DNA from: Streptomycetales bacterium
GTDB taxonomy: Bacteria; Actinomycetota; Actinomycetes; Prado026
Reading direction: 5' to 3'
Length of the DNA stretch: 28,484 bases
NCBI GenBank assembly: GCA_025361995.1
Contig: JANYIP010000216.1
Coordinates: forward strand, 1-28,484
Below the pieces are notes generated by a model. It searched no databases. It was not told where the DNA came from and was given only the letters and a program-made list of their open reading frames with translations. Position numbers and translations under genes: made by a program. Shown here piece by piece: positions 15,330-24,715 of the stretch. Each line of letters starts with the position of its first letter. Position 1 is the stretch's first letter.

Positions 15330-17721
15330 CAGATCGGCGGCGTCGGGTGGCCTTGCATGGCGTCCCACACCCGTGACGGGGTCAGGGGCATGTCGGCGTG
15401 CCGGACCCCGTAGGGCTTGAGCGCGTCGATCACGGCGTTGACGATGGCCGGCGGGGAGCCCACGGTCGCCGACTCGCCGATGCCCTTGGCGCCGATCGGG
15501 TGGTGCGGTGACGGTGTGACCGTGAAGCCGGTCTCCCAGTCGGGCACCTCCAGCGCGGTGGGGATGAGGTAGTCCATCAGCGACCCGCCGAGGCAGTTGC
15601 CCATCTCGTCGAAGGCGATGATCTCCATCAGCGCCATACCGACGCCGTCGGTGAGGCCGCCGTGCACCTGGCCCTCGATGATCATCGGGTTGATCCGGGT
15701 GCCGCAGTCGTCGACCGCGATGAACCGGCGCACCGTGACCTGAGCCGTACCCGGGTCGACGTCCACGACGCAGATGTAAGCCCCGTTGGGGTAGGTCAGG
15801 TTCTCCGGGTTGTAGCAGATCTGCGCCTCGAGGCCGCCTTCGAGCCCCTCGGGAAGGTCGCCGGCGCCGTACGCACGGAAGGCGATGTCCGCGATGGTGA
15901 CCGACTTGGTCGGATCGCCCTTCACGTGGAACGAGCCCTTCACCCACTCGAGGTCGGCGACCGAGACCTCGAGCATGCCCGAGGCGATGAGCCGTGCCTT
16001 GTCGCGGACCTTGCGGGCTACCAGCGCGGCCGCAGCGCCGGAGACCGGAGTCGAGCGGCTGCCGTAGGTACCGAGCCCGAACGGGGTCTGGTCGGTGTCG
16101 CCGTGGACGACCTCGATGTCCGCCGGCGGGATCCCGATCTCCTCGGCGACGATCTGCGCGAAGGTCGTCTCGTGCCCTTGACCTTGTGACTGAACCGACA
16201 GCCGGACCACGGCCTTGCCGGTCGGATGGATGCGCAGCTCGCACCCGTCGGCCATGCCCAGGCCGAGGATGTCCATGTCCTTGCGCGGTCCGGCACCCAC
16301 CGCCTCGGTGAAGCACGCGACGCCGATGCCCATCAGCTCACCACGGGCCCGCCTCTCCACCTGCTCCTTGCGCAGCTCGTCGTAGCCGGCGATGCGCAGC
16401 GCCTCGCGCAGGGTCCGCTCGTAGTTGCCGGAGTCGTACGTCCAGCCGGTCTTGCTCGTGTACGGGAACTGCTCGGGCCGGATGAAGTTCTTGATCCGCA
16501 GCTCGACCGGGTCCATCGCCAGCTCCTGCGCGAGGCAGTCGACGATGCGCTCCACGAGGTATACGGCCTCGGTGATCCGGAACGAGCACGCGTACGCGAC
16601 CCCGCCGGGGGCCTTGTTGGTGTAGACCGCGGTCATCTTGGCGAACGCGGCCTTGATGTCGTAGCTGCCGGTGAAGACGCCGAAGAAGCCGGCCGGGAAC
16701 TTGACCGGGGTGGCAGTGCCGTTGAAGGCGCCGTGATCGGCCAGGACGTGGGTACGGATGGCGAGGATCTTGCCGTCCTTCGTCGCTGCGATCTCGCCAC
16801 GCATGATGTAGTCACGGGCGAAGCCGGTGCTGGTCAGGTTCTCCGAGCGGTCCTCCATCCACTTCACCGGCTTGCCGGTGAGCAGCGAGCCGACGATCGC
16901 GTGCACGTAGCCGGGGTAGATCGGGACCTTGTTGCCGAAGCCGCCGCCGATGTCCGGGGAGATCACCCGGATCTTGTGCTCGGGCAGGCCCGCGACGATG
17001 GCGTACAGGGTGCGGTGCGCGTGCGGCGCCTGGCTGGTCGACCACAGCGTCAGCTTGCCCTCGACCGCGTCGTAGTCCGCGACCGCTCCGCAGGTCTCCA
17101 TCGGGGCGGGGTGCACCCGGGGGTAGACGATGTCCTGGCTGACGACCACGTCGGCGCTGGCGAAGACTGCCTCGGTGGCCGCCGCGTCGCCGGTCTGCCA
17201 GTCGAAGCAGTGGTTGTCGGTCTTGCCCTCGAGGTCGTCGCGGATGACCGGGGCGGACGGGTCCAGCGCCGTGCGCGCGTCGATCACCGGCGCCAGCATC
17301 TCGTACTCGACATCGATGAGCTCGAGCGCGTCGCGGGCGGAGTAGCGGTCCTCGGCGACGACGAACGCGACCTCTTGACCCTGGAAACGGACCTTGTCCG
17401 TCGCCAGCACGGCCTGGACGTCGTTGGACAGCGTCGGCATCCAGGCCATCCCCTGCTCGGCGAGCATCGCGCCAGTCACGACGAGCTTGACCTTGGGGTG
17501 CGCGGACGCGGCGCTGGTGTCGATGCTCACGATCCGGGCGTGCGCCATCGGCGCGCGCAGGATCGCGAGGTGCAGCATCCCGTTCAGCTGGACGTCGTCC
17601 ACGAACCGGCCGCGGCCGCGGATGAGGCGCGGGTCCTCCTTGCGGAGCATCCGGCCGAAGCCGACCGGCTTGAGGTCGTTGTCCTCGAACGCGGTGACCG
17701 GGCCGTCGGCGACTGCGGTCA

Positions 17722-17722
<1 letters not shown>
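15329..17722 (-). CDS. coxL: Aerobic carbon monoxide dehydrogenase large subunit, form I
   Basis: 797 aa; [32 protein letters not shown] and the form I active-site loop AYACSFR (16577-16597). Confidence 0.96.
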
Positions 17723-18216
<494 letters not shown>

Positions 18217-18217
18217 G

Positions 18218-19102
18218 TCAGGCCCCCGGGTCGTCGGCGACGATGCGAGCGACCGAGCGGCGTAGGGCCCGACGGGTGAGCTCGTCGGCGAGGTGCCGCT
18301 TGTACTCCTCGCTGCCGCGGCTGTCCGTCGCCGGGCGGCAGGTCTGCGCGGCGATCGCGCCGGCCCGCGCATAGAGCTCCTCGGACGGTGCATGACCGCG
18401 CAGAGCCTCGGAGATGGCGGGAAGCCCGGTGGTGTTCGGACCCACCGCCGCGAGCCCCACCCGGGCGTCGGAGATGACGCCCGCGTCCAGCCAGACCGCG
18501 GCACCAGCCGAGACGACGGCCCAGTCACCAGCTCGACGCTCGACCTTCTCGTAGGCGCTGGACCCGTGCGGCCGGACCGGGAACCGGACCTCGATGAGCA
18601 TCTCTGCATCCCCGACGGCTGTCTCGTACGGACCACGGTGGAAGTCCTCCATGGTGACCACGCGCTCGCCGCCGGTGCCGCGGATGAGGCAGCTGGCGCC
18701 GAGCGTGGTGCAGACCGCGGAGAGGTCCTCGGAGGGGTCGGCCTGGCACAGCGACCCGCCGAGGGTGCCGCGGTTGCGGACCACCGGGTCCGCGATGACC
18801 CGCTCGGCGTCGCCGAAGATCGGGAAGGTGTCAGCCAGGACCTGCGACTCCAGCAGCTCACGGTGCCGGGTCATCGCCCCGATCCGGATCTGGGTCGGCT
18901 CGACGCTGATGTAGCCCAGCTCGCCGTGCAGGTCGTTGATGTCGATCAGGTAGTCGAAGTTCGCCAGCCGCAGCTTCATCATCGGCAGGAGGCTGTGGCC
19001 ACCGGCGACCAGCCGTGCCGTCTCGCCCAGCCGGTCCAGCAGGCCGATCGCGTGGTCGACGCTGGTGGCGCGCTCGTACTCGAAGGGTGCGGGAACCTGC
19101 AT
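18218..19102 (-). CDS. coxM: CO dehydrogenase medium (FAD) subunit
   Basis: MQVPAPFEYERA, AGGHSLLPMMKLRLA, VRNRGTLGGSLCQADP, YEKVERRAGDWA. Confidence 0.95.
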   Translation of the reverse strand: MQVPAPFEYERATSVDHAIGLLDRLGETARLVAGGHSLLPMMKLRLANFDYLIDINDLHGELGYISVEPTQIRIGAMTRHRELLESQVLADTFPIFGDAERVIADPVVRNRGTLGGSLCQADPSEDLSAVCTTLGASCLIRGTGGERVVTMEDFHRGPYETAVGDAEMLIEVRFPVRPHGSSAYEKVERRAGDWAVVSAGAAVWLDAGVISDARVGLAAVGPNTTGLPAISEALRGHAPSEELYARAGAIAAQTCRPATDSRGSEEYKRHLADELTRRALRRSVARIVADDPGA

Positions 19103-19182
19103 GCCTGCCAGACCCCCTAGCCTGCGAGCGTCGGGCACGGACGGGTGGACACAAGTCATTCCGCCCCACGGGTGCAGGGATG

Positions 19183-22100
19183 TCAACCCGCGAGCCCGGC
19201 GAGCTCCTCCAGCCGGGCGTGATACAGCAGGGCGCCCCCCTTCTTGACCTCGCGCAGGACCGTGCGCGCCAGTTCGCCGGATCCCGTCGACGCGCGAGCG
19301 ACCGCGAGCTCCACCTCGGCCAGCCGGGCCTCGTACCTGGCCAGAGCGGGGCCGTGACCCAGCGCGTGCTGCACCAGCGGGGCTGCCTGGTCGAGCTCGC
19401 CCCGGGCGACCGCGACGATCGCCGCCCGGGCCGCCGCCCACGAGCCGAAGAGGTCGAAATTGTCCGAGAGCTCGAGCGACCGGGCGAAGGCGTGCTGGGC
19501 CGCGTCGAGGTCACGTCGGCTCTGCTCGGCGATGCCGATGGCGCGCCAGGCTGTCGCGGTCCAGCCGCGGTGACCCAGGCGGAGCGCGATGGACAGCGCC
19601 TCGGCGCCGTCCGAGCTGGCTTCGTCGCTGCGGCCCAGTGCCGACAGCGCCTCGCAGCGGTGCCACAGCGCGTACGTCTGACCCTCGGGGTGCCCCAGGC
19701 TCCGGGCCAGCTCCACCGCCACGGAGGTGTCGATCAAGCCGCCTGCTGGATCGTTGCCGAACACCAGCCCGTGGCCGCGGGTCGAGCGCGGCGTGACCAT
19801 CCGCATGAGGTCGCCGCAGTCCTCGAAGAGGTTCGCGGCGCGGTGCAGCAGCTCGGTGCCGCCGCGCACGTCGCCACCGAAGAAGGCGGCCATCGCCCGG
19901 GCGTCGAGGACCCGTGCACCGCCACGCGAGTCGCCTAGGCCTTGATAGAGGGCGAGCGCCTCCTCGGCGCGCTGGGCGGCTCGCTGCGGCCTCAGCAGGT
20001 TCATGTCCAGGATCGCCCCGACCTCGAGGGTCTGAGCCCGGGCAGCGGGGTCCGAGCCTGCCTCGACGATCGCCAGCTCGACCAGCTCAGAGGCCCGGAC
20101 CAGGTCGTCGGCCCCGGAGCCGAGCGTCGCCAGCTGTGCCAGCACCGTCGCGCGACCGGGGCCACTGCGGTGCACCGCGAGGGCGGCGCGCAGGTCCTCG
20201 CGTGCACCGACGATGTCCCCACGCCGGCGACGGGCCTGGGCGCGTACCTCGTGCAGCCGCGCGCTGACCATCGGGGTCGTCGCGGCTCCTAGCCCGACGC
20301 CGGCGACGGCCTCGGCCTCGCTGTCGGCGAAGGCCTCGAGCGCGTGGTCAGCGGCCCGAAGATAGGCCTCGGCGGCGCGGTCGGCGTCTCCCGAGCTCAG
20401 CCAGTGCCGGGCCACCTCGGCGGCGTCGCCCTGGTCCTCCTCCAGGGTCCGGGCGAGGAGCTGGTGCAACCTGGCCCGGTCAGCCACGTCGAGCTGGCTC
20501 GCTACGACCTCGCCGACCATGTCGTGCGCGGTGGCCCAGCCCTGCTCTCCCAGGCGCAGGAGTCCGTCCACAGACAGGGTGGTGAGGGCTGCAAGGGTCT
20601 CGCCCTGGTCGTCGTTCGTGGCGGCCGCCAGGATCCGGGCCGGTGCCTCGCGGCCGAGGAGGGCGAGGAGGCCGAGGACGTCCTGGGTGGTCCCGGTGTG
20701 CCTGGCCGCTCGGCGGGAGATCGCGAGCCGTTGACCGAGGGCGCCGAGCTCGGTCGCCCGCGCAACGGCGGTGGGCACGCGGGGACGCCAGCGCCCCTGG
20801 GTGTCGCGCTCGGCCAGGCCTTCGCGGGCGAGGGCGCGCAGCGCCTCCGACAGGGCCAGCGGCGTGCGGTCCGTGCTTTCGGCAAGAGCGGTGGCCAGCG
20901 CGCGGTCGGCGACCAGGTCCCCGATCGCGGAGTCGGTGAGACCGGCCAGCTCCACCACCCGAGTCGGCGCGAGGCGCTCGAGGAACGTGGCGGTGTCGCT
21001 GCCGTGCTCGACCTCGTCGAAGCGGTACGCCAGCACCATCGGCTGGCTCGGCAGCCGGTCCCGGACAGCCGCGAGGAGCTGCAGGCTGCTCGGGTCGGCC
21101 CACTGCAGGTCGTCCACGACCACGACCGCCGGTGTCATTGCAGCGATCAGCCGCAGCGACGCCTCCAAGACGAACGCCCGACGGCTCGCGGGATCCACCT
21201 GCGCGGGGTCCAGGACCTCCAGCTCCGGCAGGACCGAGGCCAGTGCAGTGCCCAGGGTCGCGGGCAGGGCGTCCACCGCGGCGGCGTCAGCGGCAAGCAC
21301 CTCGCGCAGCAGCGCCCTGCCCAGGCTCCACGGCTCGGAGCGCTCTGGCCAGTAGGCGCGCACCGACACGGTCGGTGCCGCGGCCGCGACCTCGGCCAGC
21401 AGCCGCGACTTCCCGGCGCCCGAGCGGCCGGCGACAGTCACCACTGCCGTGCTAGAGCCTGACACCTCAGCGAGGATGGCCTCGCGCTCGCCGCTTCGGC
21501 CGACGAAGGGGAGCCGGTCGAACGTGACGGGTCGACGGCGTGCGGTGCGGTGGGCGGTTCCGGCGCTGCGACCGGCCAGCAGCTCCGCCTGCAGCGCTGT
21601 TGCCGTCGGTGAAGGGTCGAGCCCGAGCTCGTCGGCCAACGCCCGCCGGTATCCCTCGTAGTGCTCCAGCGCGGCGACCTGGTCCCCGGCCGAGGCCAGT
21701 GCACGGACATACGTCAGGACGGCCACCTCGCGCAGCGGCTCGGCCGCGGCCGCGAGCGACGCGAAGTCGATCGCGAGCTGCGGCTCGGCGGCGTCCAAGG
21801 CCAGCTCAGCAGCGTGCTCGATCCCCTGTTGCCAGGTCCTTTCCACCAGCGCCCTGTACGGCTGCGCCCAATCTGCGTACCGGTCCTCGGCCAAGGGCTC
21901 CCCACCGAATCCGGCCAGTGCGCCCTGGTACGAGGCCAGCGCCGCCGACCCGGCAAGGCGGCTTGCGGCGGCGATGCCGTCCAGGAAGCGTTGCCCGTCG
22001 ACGACGCACCTGTCGCTGAGCGCGTACCCGCCCGGGCCGGTCACGATGACGGACGGGTCGTGGGTGGCCCTGCGGGCGCGGTTCACCAGCACCTGAAGGT

Positions 22101-22308
22101 TCGCCGCGGGATCGGCGGGCGGTCGGTCCGCCCAGAGCATCTCGGTCAGCTGGTCGTGCCCGACGAACTGCCCTGGCCTGGTCGCGAGGATGCGCAGCAG
22201 CGCTCGTACTTTGCGTCCACCGAACTCGGCGGCGGGTATCTCGGCCCCGTCGCGCAGCGCGACGAAGCGACCGAGGAGGCGCAGCTCGATGATCGGCTCG
22301 GCCGGCAC
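19183..22308 (-). CDS. AfsR/SARP-type transcriptional regulator: winged helix, BTAD, AAA ATPase and TPR-like C-terminus (1041 aa)
   Basis: LRLLGRF...RKVRALL...LW winged helix; BTAD end YRRALADELGLDPSP; Walker A GRSGAGKS; Walker B VVVDDLQWAD; long helical C-terminus. Confidence 0.9.
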   Translation of the reverse strand: MPAEPIIELRLLGRFVALRDGAEIPAAEFGGRKVRALLRILATRPGQFVGHDQLTEMLWADRPPADPAANLQVLVNRARRATHDPSVIVTGPGGYALSDRCVVDGQRFLDGIAAASRLAGSAALASYQGALAGFGGEPLAEDRYADWAQPYRALVERTWQQGIEHAAELALDAAEPQLAIDFASLAAAAEPLREVAVLTYVRALASAGDQVAALEHYEGYRRALADELGLDPSPTATALQAELLAGRSAGTAHRTARRRPVTFDRLPFVGRSGEREAILAEVSGSSTAVVTVAGRSGAGKSRLLAEVAAAAPTVSVRAYWPERSEPWSLGRALLREVLAADAAAVDALPATLGTALASVLPELEVLDPAQVDPASRRAFVLEASLRLIAAMTPAVVVVDDLQWADPSSLQLLAAVRDRLPSQPMVLAYRFDEVEHGSDTATFLERLAPTRVVELAGLTDSAIGDLVADRALATALAESTDRTPLALSEALRALAREGLAERDTQGRWRPRVPTAVARATELGALGQRLAISRRAARHTGTTQDVLGLLALLGREAPARILAAATNDDQGETLAALTTLSVDGLLRLGEQGWATAHDMVGEVVASQLDVADRARLHQLLARTLEEDQGDAAEVARHWLSSGDADRAAEAYLRAADHALEAFADSEAEAVAGVGLGAATTPMVSARLHEVRAQARRRRGDIVGAREDLRAALAVHRSGPGRATVLAQLATLGSGADDLVRASELVELAIVEAGSDPAARAQTLEVGAILDMNLLRPQRAAQRAEEALALYQGLGDSRGGARVLDARAMAAFFGGDVRGGTELLHRAANLFEDCGDLMRMVTPRSTRGHGLVFGNDPAGGLIDTSVAVELARSLGHPEGQTYALWHRCEALSALGRSDEASSDGAEALSIALRLGHRGWTATAWRAIGIAEQSRRDLDAAQHAFARSLELSDNFDLFGSWAAARAAIVAVARGELDQAAPLVQHALGHGPALARYEARLAEVELAVARASTGSGELARTVLREVKKGGALLYHARLEELAGLAG

Positions 22309-22325
22309 GGCGCCATCCTCCCAGT

Positions 22326-22359
22326 CCGCTAGGTATCCGCAAGGTCGGATTCCTAGCGT
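22326..22359 (+). promoter_or_regulatory. SARP-box-type promoter of the cupin operon
   Basis: CCGCTAGGT (22326-22334) and CCGCAAGGT (22337-22345), 11-bp period, ending 8 nt before the -10 TAGCGT (22354-22359). Confidence 0.7.
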
Positions 22360-22399
22360 TCCGCAGCAACCGATCGACCACTACCGACAGGAGCCCGCC

Positions 22400-22786
22400 A
22401 TGACCGCCGACCACGCCACCCGCGAGACCGCCGAGCAGACGACAGAGCACCGCCAGTTCAGTGCACCCGACGAGGTCCGGACCTTCGACCACGGTCGGGT
22501 CGAGCTGCTGAACGTCGGCGGAAGCGATATCGGCCGACTGGTCCTGAGCCCCGGTTGGCGCTGGTCTGTCGACGTCAAGGCGATCGCCGGCACCGAGCTG
22601 TGCGAGGCCCCGCACTTCCAGTACCACGCCGCCGGGAAGCTGCGGATCCTGATGGCGGACGGGACCGAGTTCGACGCGGTGGCCGGCGATGTCACCTCGC
22701 TGCCGTCCGGCCACGACGCCTGGGTCGTCGGTGACGAGGACGTCGTCCTCGTCGACTGGTACGGCGCGAGCAACTACGCGCGATGA
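22400..22786 (+). CDS. Cupin-domain protein (128 aa)
   Basis: AGGAG ribosome-binding site; PGWRWS...CEAPHFQY...GDVTSLPSGHDAWVVG cupin motifs with His ligands. The ORF-track extension to 22190 is rejected. Confidence 0.9.
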   Translation: MTADHATRETAEQTTEHRQFSAPDEVRTFDHGRVELLNVGGSDIGRLVLSPGWRWSVDVKAIAGTELCEAPHFQYHAAGKLRILMADGTEFDAVAGDVTSLPSGHDAWVVGDEDVVLVDWYGASNYAR

Positions 22787-23052
22787 ACCTGACCCTCCCG
22801 GGCCAGCTGCCGACCCCGTGCGCGGCCTGGAACGTGCGCGACCTCGTCAACCACGTGGTGGCGCAGGCGCGTCGGGTGGCTCCGCTGCTGGCCGGCGTGA
22901 CCCTCAACGAGGTCGGGGAGCAGCTCGACGGCGACCTCCTCGGCGACGATCCGGTACGAGCCTGGGACGGCGCTGCGCCGATCCGGGCAGGTGATGCGGA
23001 TGCACTGCGGACCCTGGTGCAGCCCTGCGCGTGCAGCCCGGAACGCGGCTAG
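22783..23052 (+). pseudogene. Truncated TIGR03086 / mycothiol-dependent maleylpyruvate isomerase N-terminal (DinB-like) protein
   Basis: TPCAAWNVRDLVNHVV signature, but only 89 aa; the sequence after AWDGAA does not resemble the family; ATGA overlap with the cupin stop. Confidence 0.6.
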
Positions 23053-23073
23053 TGCGGCCATGGGCGTGCCCTG

Positions 23074-23676
23074 GTGGCGATCAGCATCGGGGAGCGCGCG
23101 ACGGCATCGCGCAGGGACGGCTCCGCGAGTGTCACCGGCCAGGTGTTCCCCGCCAGCCTGGTCTCGATGGCCCTGACCAGCTGTGGCGCAGCCGCCATCC
23201 ATTTCGTGGTGATGCCGGCGCACTTCGAGGAGTCGTTGCTGTACGGCGGATTCTTCGCCGCTGCGGCGAGCGTGCAGCTGGTGTACGCGTTGACGTTGCT
23301 GGCCCGGCCGTCGCGACCACTGATCGGGTGCGGGATGGTGGCGAACCTGCTCATCCTCGCTGCGTGGCTGGTCACCCGTCTGGTGGGAATCCCGCTCGGG
23401 CCCGGGACCGGGACCGTCGAGCCGTTCGGCCCGCTGGACTTGCTGGCTGGCACCTTCGAGCTCGTTGTCGTCCTCGCCGGTGCGAGGTTGCTGCTCCGTG
23501 CCGAGCTGCCCGGGCGACGACCTGCTCAGCTCGAGGTGGCTCGTCCCAGCACGACGAGGTCCTGGAACTGTGACTTGTCGTCGGCCGGGGATCCGGTGTC
23601 CCAGCAGCCGCGCTCCACGCGCTCGACGTGCAGGCCGGCCTTGGCTGCCATCTCCACGACGTCCTGCTGCGGGTAG
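23074..23676 (+). CDS. Hypothetical integral membrane protein (about 4-5 TM helices)
   Basis: AAAIHF..MPAHFEE..YGGFF...VQL, then LVTRLVGIPLGP and EPFGPLDLLA segments. Start uncertain; last 50 codons overlap the opposite-strand methyltransferase. Confidence 0.7.
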   Translation: MAISIGERATASRRDGSASVTGQVFPASLVSMALTSCGAAAIHFVVMPAHFEESLLYGGFFAAAASVQLVYALTLLARPSRPLIGCGMVANLLILAAWLVTRLVGIPLGPGTGTVEPFGPLDLLAGTFELVVVLAGARLLLRAELPGRRPAQLEVARPSTTRSWNCDLSSAGDPVSQQPRSTRSTCRPALAAISTTSCCG

Positions 23677-24410
23677 CCGATGGCGCGCAGCGGGTCTTCG
23701 GCCAGCATGAACCTCGAGCCGTCGGTGCCTTGCAGCCGCAACGCGTACGTCGACGCGTTCGAGGTGATCGCCTCGAGCCGTTCGTCGTCGAAGAGCAGCC
23801 ACGTCGTGACCGCGGTACCGCCGGGACGCAGGACTCGCGCGATCTCCTGCAGGTAGCGCTCGATCGTCGGTCGGTAGAGGTGGGTGAAGACGCTGAAGAG
23901 GGCGCAGACGTCGACCGAGGAGTCCGCGGCCGGGAAGACAGCCTCGCTCGGGTCCATCGTCCCGGTCGGGTTGTAGCGCTCGTTCAGCAGGTCCAGGTGA
24001 CGGAACTTGAACCGGTCGTCCGCGGCGGTGATCACCCCGGTGCACCAGTCGACCTGGCGGACCAGGATGTCGAACCCCAGGTACGTCCCGGTGAACTCGG
24101 TGCGGTCCATCAGCCCGACCGCCAGCCGGCCGTACCCGCTTCCGACGTCGAGGACGTCGGAGGTGGGCTTCATCCCGTTGGCCGCAAGGACGGCGGCCAA
24201 CGACTGGGCGGCGGCTATGAAGCGTTCCTCCGACTCGCCCATGAACCGCAACTTCAGCGCGGGAATCGGCAACCGGCCGTCCCAGGTCGTGCTCTCGACG
24301 TCCCCGCTCGCGCGAGCGGCGCGCGCGACCGCAGGGTCGACCGCGGGGCCCGGCGGTCGCATCCGCCGCACGAACCGGCCGAGGCGACGACGTACCTGCG
24401 CGACGATCAC
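23526..24410 (-). CDS. Class I SAM-dependent methyltransferase
   Basis: VLDVGSGYGRLA motif I, YLGFDI, SVFTHL, EIARVLRPGG; CAGGAT + 6 nt before the GTG supports the start. Confidence 0.9.
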   Translation of the reverse strand: MIVAQVRRRLGRFVRRMRPPGPAVDPAVARAARASGDVESTTWDGRLPIPALKLRFMGESEERFIAAAQSLAAVLAANGMKPTSDVLDVGSGYGRLAVGLMDRTEFTGTYLGFDILVRQVDWCTGVITAADDRFKFRHLDLLNERYNPTGTMDPSEAVFPAADSSVDVCALFSVFTHLYRPTIERYLQEIARVLRPGGTAVTTWLLFDDERLEAITSNASTYALRLQGTDGSRFMLAEDPLRAIGYPQQDVVEMAAKAGLHVERVERGCWDTGSPADDKSQFQDLVVLGRATSS

Positions 24411-24508
24411 GAGGTCATCCTGTGACGGCTTCCGAGGCAGCTCCGCATCCGAGGGACGCTAGCAGGCTGCCTGACCACACGGATGCCTTCGGCGGGTACC
24501 CTGGTCCG

Positions 24509-24625
24509 ATGGGTACGACCATCAAAGTGCTGCTCGGGGTTGGACTCGCACTGGGAGCAGCTGCAGTCGCCGTCGCAGTCGCCCAGAAGGCCGTAGCGAC
24601 TGCGGTGGACCAAGGGCGGATGTAG
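24509..24625 (+). CDS. Putative 38-aa single-TM small protein (MGTTIKVLLGVGLALGAAAVAVAVAQKAVATAVDQGRM)
   Basis: -10 hexamer TACCCT (24497-24502) 6 nt before the ATG (leaderless geometry); hydrophobic run; fills an otherwise empty gap. Confidence 0.55.
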   Translation: MGTTIKVLLGVGLALGAAAVAVAVAQKAVATAVDQGRM

Positions 24626-24715
24626 CCCTTGAGTCCCGCTGTGGGCGGACAACTCTCACCAGCCAGGATCCTGGCGTTAACCCTGCGCTGGCCTCCCTGG
24701 GCGCAGAGTGACGAG

